NCBI GenBank assembly: GCA_024679065.1
Contig: JAGIQG010000007.1
Location: 76,942,001 to 77,006,000 of the forward strand
Length of the DNA: 64,000 nucleotides
Reading direction: 5' to 3'
Source of the DNA: Sphyrna mokarran
Taxonomy: Eukaryota
Shown here: in pieces, positions 12,541 to 24,735 of the stretch
How the letters are laid out: each line of letters begins with the position of its first letter
Position numbering within the stretch: position 1 is the first letter of the stretch
The notes under the pieces: generated by a model
Databases searched by the model: none
What the model saw: the letters and a program-made list of their open reading frames with translations, nothing else
Told to the model about the DNA's origin: nothing
Made by a program: the position numbers and the translations under genes

Positions 12541-15258
12541 GTCAGGTTCAAGACCTGAAAATGGGCCCTCCATTTCAGCAGCGCCTAAAGCAGTAAGTTT
12601 TAACCTTTTGACTCTGTTTCTCACTCCACATGTGCTGCAAGGCTTGTTGAGTATTCCCATTTATTTTCCATTTTTATTTCCGATTTCCAGCAGTTTGTAG
12701 TTTTTATTTTTGAATTGTGGTAGGAGTTCTCCTCTGTCTCAAAAGTCAAACTGAGGCTATGCCCACAACAACTCCCCTCCAAACCTGGACCCCCATCTGC
12801 TCAACATACCTGCTGCCTTCAGTCTGCATTGAAACAGGCCAGTAGGCCAATTTCAGTCCCTCTTGTGACTAGTAAGTTGTCTCCACAGCCTTGGCTGGCT
12901 TGTAGACAGCATATCGATTTCACATCGTCCCATTACTGACCCCTTCAGGCGTAAGCTATGCCAGTGCTCCCGAATTGCACCCAAATTCGGCCGTGATGTG
13001 ACCGGTTTTGCAATGTTTGCATTAGGTAATGTTGTTTCAAGATGTATTTACAGTGATGAGGAAACAAAATTGCTTAACAAACACGCTCGGAACCTTTTGG
13101 GTATTTGACCATAAACTTTGGCAAGAGAAAGAAAACAGAAGTTCGGTGACTATTTGAAGTGTTTAGGCGTTGCTGCCAGTTATTAGTTCCAGTGCAATCA
13201 GGAGTATGGACTATAATCTAGTTGTTGTCTGCATTTCTAAATAGGTTTTTAGTGAGAAGTATAATCCAAGGGACAGGTTGTATTTTGAGGTATATAGATG
13301 AATGATGTTCAGCTGCACACAAGCAGAAAGACTGTTTCTTGTTTCTTTGACTGAACATCTGCTGAAGTTATGAGGACTACTATTAGACCACCATTTTATT
13401 TCCATCAATTCCTAGCTAGTTTGCAAGACATTGGCATGATATGATGCAACTCCACAAACTTAAGGCTTTGAACTAACTGGATTTATTTTAGCAAAGGATG
13501 TTAGCTTCTATTTGTTTCTCTGTAATTCCCTTTTGCCAAGTGCTCATCTAATTTCCTGTCCAGAGTCCACCAGGCTCATCAGCAGTGGAGGTAAACATAA
13601 AGCCTGTGAAGAATGTTGTGAGATTGATGAGGTTTAGATTTATGAAATATATACTGAGTGTCTGCTAGAAATAGTAAGTAGACACAAGCAGACGGAAGGA
13701 ATTTAAATGTTTGAGGCATCATTTGCTATTCCCTTAAATAAACTGCACAGTTCTCTGTGCATTGGGTTTGACTCTTTCTGAAACAAAGACTAATTCAGTA
13801 GCTAAACTGTGAGGCTTTGTGCAAAGTGTCATTTTAAACCAATCCACAGATCCAAAGAAGTCTGTCTTGTACATATACCAAGGGAGCAAGTTGATTTGAC
13901 TGAAATAAAACTCCAATAAGTCAATCAATGTGCTCAAGTTAGCAAAGATTTCAGCAGTTAATTAATTTATTTATCAGAAAAGACTTTTAAACAGAAGCTA
14001 CAATAATGTGATAAATCACACACAAATGAAGCTGAAAGGAAAATTTGAATGCTTTCTCCCTTTTTGATATTTCAGCTGACTGCTCATGATTGCAACAGTG
14101 ACACATTTAGTTTCCCAGTGGATTTTGGGTGGTGATCTTGTGGGGGGACAATGCAGACACAATACAGTTCCCCACAGGAAGCATGCGCTTCAGGTAATTT
14201 CAATGAAAATCTTGATTAAAATGTGTCATTCAGAAATCCAAACTGATGGTAGGAAGAACGAACAAGGGTTAGAATAAATAAAGGAAGTAGCAAGTGGTCA
14301 AATTAAACTTTAAAAGCAGCAGCCAACAGAGAAGAAAAGAACGACCAACTGTATACATGAAGTGGTCATTTTTAAAAATGTTTAAGGGGAGTAGATTTGT
14401 TAGCCCCAAAAACAAGCACAGAGATTAAGCTGCAAATTAAATGAGTGCAGTGTGCAGCCACCATTAACTGTACTGTTGAGGGACTCTATGCCTCAACAAT
14501 TGTCAGAGACTAGCTCCCTTAACACTAGCATACAATACTTTAAGCCAGGCTGCATCTCTTAAAATTGAGGTGTACTTTGGCTAGTGCAGATAGTGGAAGT
14601 AACTGGGGAACTCATTCTGACATGAAAAAGATGTAATAATGGTATAACGTGGGAGCATGGAGGCTGCAAGAAGCTTTGGCCACTGCACTGCATGCCTTGG
14701 TCAGAGAGGTACAGAGCAGAGATGAATTCTCTTTGCAGGGAAGGCCACTTGGTGAAAAATAATCTCAAGTCATTTCTATTCCTTCTACCAATTGCTTAAA
14801 TCTATAGCCTTGGTTATGGATCAATCTGGAGAAATAGATTTTCCCTATCCACTCCTTGTAAATTTCTTCTGTATCCTCTGTGATCATAATTTTATGCAGT
14901 GCATTGACCGGATCAGTATTCAGTTCTCCAGCTGCAGTCCAACTGGTGTTTTATGTTTTTTGGTGCAACATTTTTGCTCACCCTATGCCTTAGCCACTAA
15001 CGGAAATTGCCCCATCTGCCATGTGTAATGCTGTGGCTATCCTTATCAGCAAATGCATGTTGACTTTCTGATTAATCTGGGCCATACTAAATGACAATTT
15101 ATGCTGCCAGTCACTTTTTAAAAATAATTTTCCCACCACAAAAGTGAAACTAACCTGAAATTCCTCAAAGGTGCTAAATTCTTAATATTTCGCCTCTCGC
15201 TATGTTTGTCCATTTAAATATTTCTCGCTCCTTCTTAGCTACAACGTTGATATTTATT

Positions 15259-15289
15259 CCCCCCCCCCCCCCCCCGGCTTTTTTTTTTT
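15259..15289. repeat. C17-GGC-T11 homopolymer tract
   Basis: Directly visible. Confidence 0.95.
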
Positions 15290-15329
15290 GAAGACTGGTA
15301 CAAAGTATTCGTTAAGAACTATGCTCACA

Positions 15330-15830
15330 TCATTAGCCATCACAGGTTGGTGTTTGGTCTTGAATAGGCCCAAGTCTTTCCTGAGTCATTCTCTTGCTTT
15401 TTATGTACTTATAGAACACCTTTGTTTTACTTCTTGAAAAATACTTTTTCTGTTTTTTCCTGATTTCTTTTAGAATTGCACCCCTGAATTTTCTATACTC
15501 CCTAAACTTTCTGCAAGATTGAGTTCTTGGTATTAAACATCCCACAAGTTGTCTTATCCTATAGAACATAGAACATTACAGCACAGAACAGGCCCTTCGG
15601 CCTTCGATGTTGTGCCGACCAAAATAAAAAGCAATGCCCCTCCAAACTAAACCATTCCCTTCTCTTCCATATACTTATCAATTAACCTCTTAAACGCCAC
15701 AAACTTGGCGCATCTACAACAGCTGCAGGCAGGGCATTCCACTCCCTAATCACTCTTTGAGTAAAGAACCTACCTCTGATATCTGTCCTATAACTCATAC
15801 CCCTTAATTTAAAGCTGTGTCCCCTCGTGC
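15330..15830 (-). mobile_element. CR1 LINE fragments (ORF2 tether region and an adjacent 3' end)
   Basis: ORF 15333-15569 has KVFYKYIKSKRMTQERLGPIQDQ (CR1 ORF2 motif); 15560-15830 is a well-preserved CR1 3' end (ATAGAACATAGAACATTACAGCACAGAACAGGCCCTTCGGCC). Confidence 0.8.
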
Positions 15831-17399
15831 TAGCTATACTGTATAATTATTGTCAAATGTTGGGTGGGGAGGGGAAGTGTTTTGATTTCGAAGTTCCACC
15901 CTTACTGTTGGTGCAAACACATTTGTTCTGATTCCTTGCTATCTCTTCTTTGAATACTTTTCACTACCGTGACATTGATTTCCATTACAGTGCCTGTTTC
16001 TAATGCGCTTTTGCTAAATCACATCTCAGTTGAGTAAGATTAACCATTACCCAGTTGGAAATCTTTATCTTGGTTGATCTTTGGCCTATTCCATAATGAG
16101 CTAAATGTAACAGAATTATGATCATTACTGCAAAAATGTCCTTCTACTGATAGCCACTCCAACTATCTAGCCTCAATACCTAAAACTAAGTCCAGAGCTG
16201 CCGCTTTTCTTTCTGGGTTTTGAGAAAATTCCTGTGAATGAATTTGAAGAGTTCAGTTTCCTCTGTAACTTTTGCGTTGATCTCGTCCCAGTTAAAATTA
16301 GGATAGTTGAAATTCCCATTTGTAATGCTCTATTGTTTCTGCACTTCTCACTAACTTACCTCCGTATTTGCTCCCTTATCTCCCTAACCAATATTAGAAT
16401 AGTGTTTTTTAGTCCCTCCTTCCCCTATCCAAAACTATAGTTTTCTGCTCTGACATAACAGCATGGCTTTTATTGTAGGTGTGTGTGTGTGTTGCATACA
16501 GGAGTCATAAGCCATATCATTAGTAGGTGGTCACCCTTTGGATTGTGATGGATCAAATGGAGATGTTACAATGGGCCTGCATGATTTTCAGCTGGACATG
16601 GGAGGAATGAATCCTTTTCAGTTGCAATATGTCTCTCCATTAGTATGCAGGGCCCACAAAGCCACGTGATGCCCATGCAGCCAATGGCACCCAGCACCAC
16701 AGAAAGTTAGAAATCCTTGAAATCCACTTGCACACTCTGCCCCCTGTTCTCTGGCAAAGGAGATTGAAACATATGCGAGCATAAGTGACTTTTTATACTC
16801 TAGTGCTTAACAAACTGTAAGATGTTGCCGGTGAATTCATCTCCTGCTTGGAAGAAGCCCAACAGAGAGAGGTTCATAGTCCCACTCACACTGGGGATGA
16901 GATTTTCACACTGCTTGAGATTACAGTTAATACGGCAGCAGATGGTCAATTTCAGTGAGGGTATCTTTACAGATGTGTTTGTATATCTTTCCTTATTGAA
17001 ATCCATGAAGAAAAATTGCTTCATGAACATCCTGGGCAGATGTGGCCTTCTGGAACTCTATTCCCCTTTCATTCCCCTCTAGCAACTAGTCCTGCTCTAT
17101 ATGTCTTCTGCTCGTTCTCCTGATCATACCACACTGCTGAACACAAATCAGGCACATTTCAATATCTGCAACATCGTCATCCAAGAAATTTAACAATTTT
17201 AAAAAAAAAAAGAACTCTGGAAAACACAAAACACTGGAGTATTTGTAGCAACAACTATAGGAATCAATCAGCAACTAATAGCAAAGAATTTGATGATCCC
17301 ATTTATCAGAATTGGTGGGAGATCTGTTGTGCTGCTGAATGCATGCTCAGCCATATGTGATTAAGAGAGAACATTAGTTGGAGTCCTGATATTAATGCA

Positions 17400-17920
17400 T
17401 AACGAACTCAAAAGAGTATCTTAGAAGAGAGAGATGGAGAGGGTTAAGAAGGATATTATAGAGCTTGCAACTTTGACAGCTGAAGGTGGAGTGATTCAAA
17501 TTAGGGATTCTTGAAAGGCTAGAATTGAACCTGCACAGAGATCTTGGAGGTTTACGGAGAGGAAGAAGTTACAGAAATAGGATGGTTGAGGCCATGGAAA
17601 GAGTGGAAACCAGAATAAGAATTATAAAATTGAGCTGTCCCTGGAGCAAGAGCCAAGGTGAATAATTGATAGTTCAAATAAACTTTGTGCAGATTTAAGA
17701 TATGGTGGCATAGTTTGGATGAACTGAAGTTTAAATAGGGTGCAAGGTGTGATATTAACCAGGAGGTTATTTGAATCATCCAGACTAGAGGTAACAAAAT
17801 GGACAGAAAAGATTTCCAGCAGCAGAGGTGTGGATGCAATGTCCTAGCGGCAGAAGCAGATAGTCATGGTGAGGGAGAGAATATGGGGTTAGAAGCTCAG
17901 CTCACAAGGGTGCCAAATTT
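17400..17920 (-). mobile_element. L2 LINE fragment (continues at ~19380-19540 beyond a CR1 insertion)
   Basis: Minus strand resembles the L2 RT C-terminus (..SFHGLNHP.. cf. SLHGLAPPYL); ~19460-19500 gives SRSSLQLNIGKIKPI (cf. L2 NFLQLNxxKTE). Confidence 0.55.
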
Positions 17921-17924
17921 ACGA

Positions 17925-19375
17925 AGGCATTTGACAAAGTGTCGTACAAAGGCTGCATAAAATAAAGGTGCGTGGCATTACTGATAATGTATTATTATGC
18001 ATAGAGGATCGATTACTAACAAAGCAAAGAGTGAGGATAGTGGGAGCTTTCCTGTTTAGCGATCAGTGACAAGTGGTGTGCCTCAGGGATCAGTGTTGGA
18101 ACCGCAATTGTTTGCGATTTACATAGATGATTTGGAATTGAGGACCAAGCGTAGTGTGTCACAGTTCGATGAACTAAGATGAGTGGTAGAACAAAGTGTG
18201 TAGAGGACACTGTAAGGATACAAAGAGATGTAGATAGTCTAAGTGAGTAGGAAAGGATCTGACCAACAGAGTACAATGTTGGTAAATGTGAGGTCATCCA
18301 ATTTGATAGGAATAACAGCAAAATGGACTATTATTTAAATGGTAAAGAATTGCAGCATGCTGCCATGCAGACTGACTTGGGTGCCCTTATTCATGAATCA
18401 CAAAAAGTTGGTTTGCAGGTCCAGCAGGAAATTAAGAAGGCAAATAGAATTTTATCCTTCATTGCTAGAGAGATGGAGTTTAAAACAGGGTGGTTATGTT
18501 GCAGCTGTTTAAAGTGCTGGTGACTTCACAACTGGAGTACTGTGTACAGTTTTGGTCTCCTTATTTGAGAAGGGATACATTGGCATTGGAGTGGGTGCAG
18601 AGGAGATTCATTAGGTTGATTCCAGAGAGGAAAGGGTTGGCTTATGAGGAGGACCGAGTGGGCTGGGACTAATTGGAATTCAGAAGAATGAAGGGAGATC
18701 TTATAGAAACATCTAAAATTAGGAAGGGAATACATAAGATTGTTTGCACTGGTGGGTAAAACTGATACTACAGGACATAGCCTCAAAATGAGGGGACACA
18801 GATTTAGGAGTGAGTTAAGGAGGAACTTCTTCACCCAAAGGATTGTGAATCTGTGGACTTTCCTGTCTATTGAAGCAATTGAGGCTACCTCTTTGAATGT
18901 TTTTAAGGCAAAGATAGATTTTTGAACAGCAAAGGAATTAAGGGTTAGGGTAAGCGAGCAAGTAAGTGGAGCTGTGTCCACAAAAAGATCAGCCATCTCT
19001 TGAGAAAACCAAAGATTCACAGCACTGAGTGAAGAAATTTCTAATTTCCTATCCTGAGACTAGGATTTACCAAGTTTACCACAATGTTATCCAGTATGGA
19101 AGGAGAGATTGTGAGGAGAGATTGAATAAACTGGGATTGTTTTCCTTGGAAAGATAAAGGCTGAGGAGTGACCTGATAGAAGTTTATAAAATTATGAGGG
19201 GCACAGATAAGGTTTGACACTTTTTCCCAGGGCAGAAATGACGATTACAAGGGAGCACAAATTCAAGTTCGGGGAGGTGATGGAGGGCGGGGGGAGGTTC
19301 AGTAGAGATGATCTTATTGAATGATGGAGCAGGCTCGAGAGCCCAGATGGTGCACTCCTGCTCCTCATTCTAATG
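17925..19375 (+). mobile_element. CR1 LINE, RT domain to 3' end, frameshifted; carries a 313-bp templated insert
   Basis: VTSGVPQGSVLEPQLFAIYIDDL at ~18066-18135; ORFs FKVLVTSQLEYCVQFWSPYLRRD and RGHRFRSELRRNFFTQRIVNLW; the 3' UTR AGATCAGCCAT|GATCTTATTGAATG is interrupted at 18997-19309. Confidence 0.92.
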
Positions 19376-19554
19376 TCATTATAAATGGTTAGATTTATTT
19401 TTCAGTAGTAGTCAGAGAGAGGAATGTGGTCAGTGACTAGGAAACCAACTTTGTGATGGGTTTTATCTTCCCAATATTTAATTGAAGAGAACTTCTGCTA
19501 ATTTAGAACTGGATTTAAAAAAAAGCAAGTGAGGAAATTGTAAGAACGTGTGAT

Positions 19555-20720
19555 GATGAGCAGGTCTATGCCATTTAGCCCTCGAGCGATATTCAGTAAG
19601 ATAATAGTAAATCCTTGACCTCAACTTCACTTTCTGATCAGGTCTCTGTGTCCTTTGATTCCTTTAGAGTCTAAAAATATATCAACTCAACATTGAATAT
19701 TCTCAGAAACAGAGTATCCACAGAACTCTGGAGAAAACCAAAGACTCCCAACCCTGAGTGAAGAAATTTCTCGCTTCCTTTCCTGAGACTAAGATTTACC
19801 AAGTTGATCAGGATGTTGCCTGGTGTATTAGCTGTGAGGAGAGATTGAATAAATTGTGTGATTGTTCTCTCTGGAAAGATGAAAGCTGAGGGGTGACCTG
19901 ATAGAAGTTTTTAAAATTATGAGAAGCGTAGATAAGGGGAACAGTTTGACAATTCTTCCTGGGGCAGTAATATTAATTACAAGGGGGCACAAATTCAAGT
20001 TTCAGTGGAGACGTGTGGGGTATACATTTTATGCAGAAGGTGGTGGGACCTGGAATACACTGTCAATTGAGGTTAGTGACATTTAAGACATATCTGGATA
20101 GACACATGAACAAGCAGAGAATAAAGGGATACAGGCAGTTGGTCTGGATAGGACAACATGATCGGCGCAGGCTTGGTGGGCCAAAGAGCCTGTTTCTGTA
20201 CTGTAAAGTTCTTTGTTTTCTTTGATCCGAGTTCCTGATTCTTCAGCCATTCATCCCCTCAAACTCTTTATGTTTCAATGATCTCAATCTCACGTTTCAA
20301 AACTTCAGTAAGTATAGACCCACTCCACTCAATCTCTGTTCAAAGACAATCCCTTCATCCTAAGAATCAGAATAGTGAACCTTTGTTGCACTCATGCCAA
20401 GGCAGACATATCCTTTAGGTACAGACATGTAAACCATAGAGAATAGTCCAGATGTAAATCAGCAAACATCTGCATGTTTGCAGCAAGAAATTTTCTTGTA
20501 ACACTTAACCCCCTTGCAATAAAGGTCAATTTACCATTTGCCTTCCTAACTGCTTAATGTATCCACATGTTACCTTTGTCTTTTTTTAACAGATCTGTTT
20601 GAGCACTGACATTTGATAGCTTTCCATCATTTAAAAGGTATTCTTCTTATCTAAATGGACAGTCTCTCACTTCCCCATACAATACTCACTTCCTGCCCAT
20701 TTGTTTAACCTGCCTATAAT
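19555..20720 (-). mobile_element. CR1 LINE fragment (minus), interrupted by a plus-strand CR1 3' fragment at ~19790-20225
   Basis: CCCTGAGTGAAGAAATTTCT (reverse complement of the RNFFTQR motif) and resumption at ~20230; the insert reads ERLNKL...RGDLIEVFKIMR and ends GGGCCAAAGAGCCTGTTTCTGTACTGTA. Confidence 0.7.
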
Positions 20721-21239
20721 GATGCATGCTCACAGACTTTGACAGATATTTATTAATAAGGAAAAACTACACAAAGGCTGGCAGTTCTTTGGGGCCCTGG
20801 GGCAGCCCACTGGCTGCGCTAGTCCCTAGATGTCTTCTGCTGCAGATAGAACTCCATCACCAGGGTGATCACCCATGTTCCCAATTGGATCCTCAAATCA
20901 GGTGATCCTCTTCTGCTGTGTTGTCCTTAAAGGGATAATCATCAGTGTTCATATATTTTAATTGCAACTTCTTTTTATACTTTTCACAGTTCACATTTTT
21001 CCCTGGCTTTATATCATCAGCAAAGTTGGATACGTTACAAACGGTCCTCTATCTAAGTCATAAATAGCTACAGTACCTTCACTCATTCTTGTGGCACTTC
21101 ACTAATAACAACCTGCCAACTTAAAAATTACCCTTTTATTTCTATTTTTTTTACATCCTTGAAGTAAATCTCTTTCCACAATAATATATTAACTCCAACC
21201 CCATTAATTTTGTGAAACAACCTTTTTTGTGGCTCCTTA

Positions 21240-21603
21240 GAACCATAGAATCCCCACAATGTGGAAAGAGGCCATTTAGCCCACCAAGTCTGTACCAACC
21301 CTCTGAAAGAGCATTCCATCCAAATCCTCTATTTGGCCTAATCTTTGTAACACAGTGCATACAGCATGACTAATCCACCTAATTTAGCCACCTTTCCCTG
21401 ACAGTAAGGGGCAATTTAGCTTGGTCAATCCATCTAACCTGCACATCTTTGGAGTGTGGGAGGAAACCGGACCACTCAAGAGGAAGCACATGGAGACATG
21501 GGGTGAATGTGCAAACTGCACGCAGTTACTCAAGACTGGAATTGAATTCAAATCCCTGGCGATATGAGGTGGCAGTGCTAATTACTGTGCCACCATACCA
21601 TCC
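21240..21603 (-). mobile_element. V-SINE, CR1-type tail A
   Basis: GGGCAATTTAGCTTGGTCAATCCATCTAACCTGCACATCTTTGGAGTGTGGGAGGAAACCGG...GCAGTGCTAATTACTGTGCCACC. Confidence 0.85.
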
Positions 21604-21804
21604 TTCCTCAAAATCCACATGTTTTACACCCATGTTTTCCTTTATCCAAACTGCTGGTTACATCCTCAAAATACTTCAGATTCATCAAAATTTCTGTTTC
21701 GTGAAACTGTGTTCACTCTGTCTCCTCGTATTAGATTTTCTGATCACACTGTTAATACTACTCTAGGTTCCAGCATTTTGCTGATATCTGTCAACTGAAC
21801 TGGC

Positions 21805-21905
21805 ATAAAGCAGAGAATGCTGGAAAATCTCAGCAGGTCTGACAACATCTGTGGAGACAGAATAGAGTCAATGTTTCAAGTCTGGATAACCCTTTGTCAG
21901 AGCTA
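21805..21905 (-). mobile_element. Fold-back family 2 arm with degenerate hammerhead-like motif
   Basis: Minus strand: CTCTGACAAAGGGTTATCCAGACTTGAAACATTGACTCT followed by CTCCACAGATGTTGTCAGACCTGCTGAG. Confidence 0.55.
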
Positions 21906-22883
21906 AGGGCAAAGAAAATCAGGAAAGATTTAGGGGGTGAATCCTGATCCACAGTAATTTGCTTTAGACTGAGCTGGCTTATTGTTTCCTGTTTATTCTC
22001 TTCCCTATTTCTTGAGGATGGTGTTGCACTTCTTACATTCTCATCCAGTGGGACCTAGGAAATTCTGTAAGATTGCAACCAATCTTTCCACTCTCTCGTC
22101 AGGCACCTGTTTAAAAACCGTGGCATATAGGCTATCAGGTCCGGGGGATTTGTCAGCTATTGTTCCCATGAATTTCTCTGGAATTTTTTCTTAACTAACA
22201 TAAATTACTTTTCAAGTTCCTCTTCTTTTAATCTAATAACCCTTAGTCACCAGTGAAAACAAATTCGAGCTCCCTAGATGATGAAAGAGATGGAGATTAA
22301 GAGGAGAAAAGAAATCTATGTTTATGACAGGTATCAGGTGGATAATACAACTGACGATACATGTTGATTATACATGTTCAATGGCAAAGTGTAAAATCAA
22401 ATAAGATAAGCAAAGGAAGAGGCAAAAGGGAATCCTGAAGTCTTCTAGCTTATAAATAATAAAAGGCTGGTTAAAAAACAACTGTTAAGGTCCAAAAAAG
22501 GAATTTATGCTTAGAGGCAGAGGACATAGCCTAGCTATTAAATGAATATTCTGCATCCATTTTACAAAGAAAAAAGTACTGCTTAGCTCACGGTGAAAAA
22601 AGAGGCAGTTCAGACATTTGGAGTGTTTAACACTGATTAGGAGAAGGCTTTGGAAATGCTATCTGTAATTAAATTGGTGAGGCACCCAGAACCAGGTAGG
22701 ATATAGTCAAGAATACTGAAGAAAATGAGACCGGAAACTGTGGAGGCTTCCAGACTTGCTTACACTTGGGGTGGAGGTGAAGGGGGATGCTGCTGGAATA
22801 CTGCAAATGTCCTGCCAATGTCAATGGCAATTTGCATGGCTCATCCATCCTGCCACAGGAAACCTGTGGAAGGGGTTGCCTTA

Positions 22884-23015
22884 GTAAGAAATCTCAACAC
22901 CAGGTTAAAGTCCAACCAGTTTATTTGACTATCAGATAGTCTGTTTGAACTTTAACCTGGTGTTGTGAGACTTTTTGCTGTATCTACCCAAGTCCAACGC
23001 CGGCATCTCCTCATC
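22884..23015 (+). mobile_element. Fold-back mini-element family 1, copy A (centre deleted), 13-bp TSD
   Basis: Inverted arms CAACACCAGGTTAAAGT / ACTTTAACCTGGTGTTG, tail ACCCAAGTCCAACGCCGGCATCTCCTCATC; flanks AGGGGTTGCCTTA (22871-22883) and AGGGGTTGACTTA (23016-23028). Confidence 0.85.
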
Positions 23016-23548
23016 AGGGGTTGACTTATGCAGGACTGAAAGATCCTGCCAGTGGAAAATATCAAAGTCCTTGTGCAGCCAACCTGTGCTTTGTTTGTAG
23101 GGCCATAGAGTACAAGAACAAGGAGATTATGTTAAGTTTGGATAAAACATTTGTTAAGCCTCAAATTGAGTATTGCGTTGATTTCTAGGCTGTGCATTTT
23201 AGGAAAGATGTGAAGGAATTAGGATCAGTTCAAAAAAGATGCAAAAGAATCATTCCAGGGATGGGGGTCTTAGTTATGTTGACGGATTGGAGAAAATTGA
23301 GGAAAGATTTGACAGACATTTTCAAAATCACGAGGGGGCCTGAATAGAGTAGAAAAGAACAACAGTTCCCATTGGTGCAAGGATTGAGAATTAAAGTACA
23401 CAAATTTTAGGCAATTGGGGAAAAAAAAATGAAGACATGCAGAGAAATTTCTTCCTGCAGCCAGAGGAATGCACTGCCTCAATGTAAGAAGTCAGTAAGA
23501 ATTTAGCAACACCAATTTTAAATCCAACCGATTTATTTGGTAGTAAAA

Positions 23549-23588
23549 TTGCGAGCTTTCAACACTCTGTCGTGTCTTCGTCAGGCAA
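23549..23588 (-). ncRNA. Minimal type I hammerhead ribozyme motif (mirror copy)
   Basis: Exact reverse complement of 23602-23641. Confidence 0.65.
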
Positions 23589-23601
23589 ATGCACACTGCA
23601 T

Positions 23602-23641
23602 TTGCCTGACGAAGACACGACAGAGTGTTGAAAGCTCGCAA
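23602..23641 (+). ncRNA. Minimal type I hammerhead ribozyme motif
   Basis: TTGC-CTGACGA-A-GACAC(GACAGA)GTGTT-GAAA-GCT-C-GCAA: CUGANGA and GAAA core, stem II GACAC/GTGTT, stem I TTGC/GCAA, self-complementary AGCT in place of stem III; predicted cleavage after C23637. Confidence 0.7.
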
Positions 23642-24299
23642 TTTTACTATCAAATAAATCGGTTGGATTTAAAATTGGTGTTGCTAAATTCTTACTGAGT
23701 TCTTACTACCCCAGTCCAACACCGGCATCTTTACATCCTGCCTCAATGTGGCAGAGGCAGGTTTAACTGCGATATTCAATTGTAACATTATCTGAAGAGA
23801 GAGAATGGGCAATGTTACGGGGTGTGGAAGTTAGGGAATGGCACCATATACTTTGCATATTTAGAGAATCAACACACACAATGGGTCAAATGACCTCCTG
23901 CTATGCTATAACAATTCTGGCAATGAATCACTTTTCCAGTGGAGCTATTATTTATCAATGGATTATACATTCAGAATTATGAAACATTTATTCAACTAGT
24001 TGCCATTGCCTTTTAATCTAAGTTTCAAATCTATCTTAGTCAACTCACCTCTTATGAAATTAGCTTTATTTGCATTTAAGACCCTAGTTTTTGGACTTCA
24101 TTACATTATTCTGAACTCAGTGTAAAATCCAATCATAGATGATCATGCTTCCTCAGCCTATCCCTACCATGATATAACCACTTAACTGTCTCATTGCATA
24201 GAATTATCAGAAATGTCCTAGTGCCTCTGCACTAAATTACCACTCTTGCCAAATTCTGAACTTTCAAAGTCTGTTTATTCATATATGCTGCTCAGCCAC

Positions 24300-24735
24300 T
24301 CTGTGGGTGCTTGTAGATGCTTTAATCGTGGTCTTTCGAAATTTTCTTGATTCAAGAGTAGGATTGGAAAAATGTCAACATTTTACCATTACAGTAAAAG
24401 GATGGGAGAGGTTAACCATGAAATAAAATCTGATGGGTGAAAAAGTTTCTGGAAGCTATCATTGACATACAAAGTATTAAGTGCTTTGTGCTCATGAACT
24501 AATCGCAGAGAGTGGATGTGAATTTATATAGATAAAGTCAAATTGAAACAACTTTGTTGCATTTTTTAAGCAGTTCACTAATATTGATAGATAAAGTATG
24601 AACCATAGATGTTATTTATGTGGCCTTTTAGAAGGCATTTAATAAGTTGCCGTACAAGAGATTACCAACAAAAATGAAAACCCATGGAATTGGAGGCAAT
24701 CTTTTGGTCTAGACGGGAATTGTTTAGATGGTAGA
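24300..24735 (+). mobile_element. Old CR1 RT fragment
   Basis: DVIYVAF*KAFNKLPYKRLPTKMKTHGIGG at ~24608-24697 (cf. DVVYLDFQKAFDKVPHxRL). Confidence 0.7.

Larger units (their letters stand above)
23484..23737 (+). mobile_element. Fold-back mini-element family 1, copy B: 110-bp inverted arms + 30-nt tail, 10-12 bp TSD (Penelope-like pLTR derivative)
   Basis: 23484-23593 is the reverse complement of 23597-23706 with 2 mismatches and a CAC loop; tail ACCCCAGTCCAACACCGGCATCTTTACATC; CTGCCTCAATGT at 23474-23485 and 23738-23749. Confidence 0.92.
22330..23920 (+). mobile_element. Decayed CR1 LINE hosting several nested insertions
   Basis: LNEYSASIFTK at ~22537; KTFVKPQIEYCVDF at ~23143; GGAATGCACTGCCT...GTGGCAGAGGCAGG interrupted at 23484-23737; 3' end ATGGGTCAAATGACCTCCTG. 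Confidence 0.7.

Noticed and set aside
18323-18925. Active retrotransposon ORF2
   Set aside because: RT motifs are spread across frames with stops and frameshifts; dead CR1 copy.
23484-23706. Pre-miRNA, or assembly fold-back artefact
   Set aside because: Too long and too perfect for a typical pre-miRNA; the flanking TSD, shared tail, two arm mismatches and three related copies support a genuine TE insertion.
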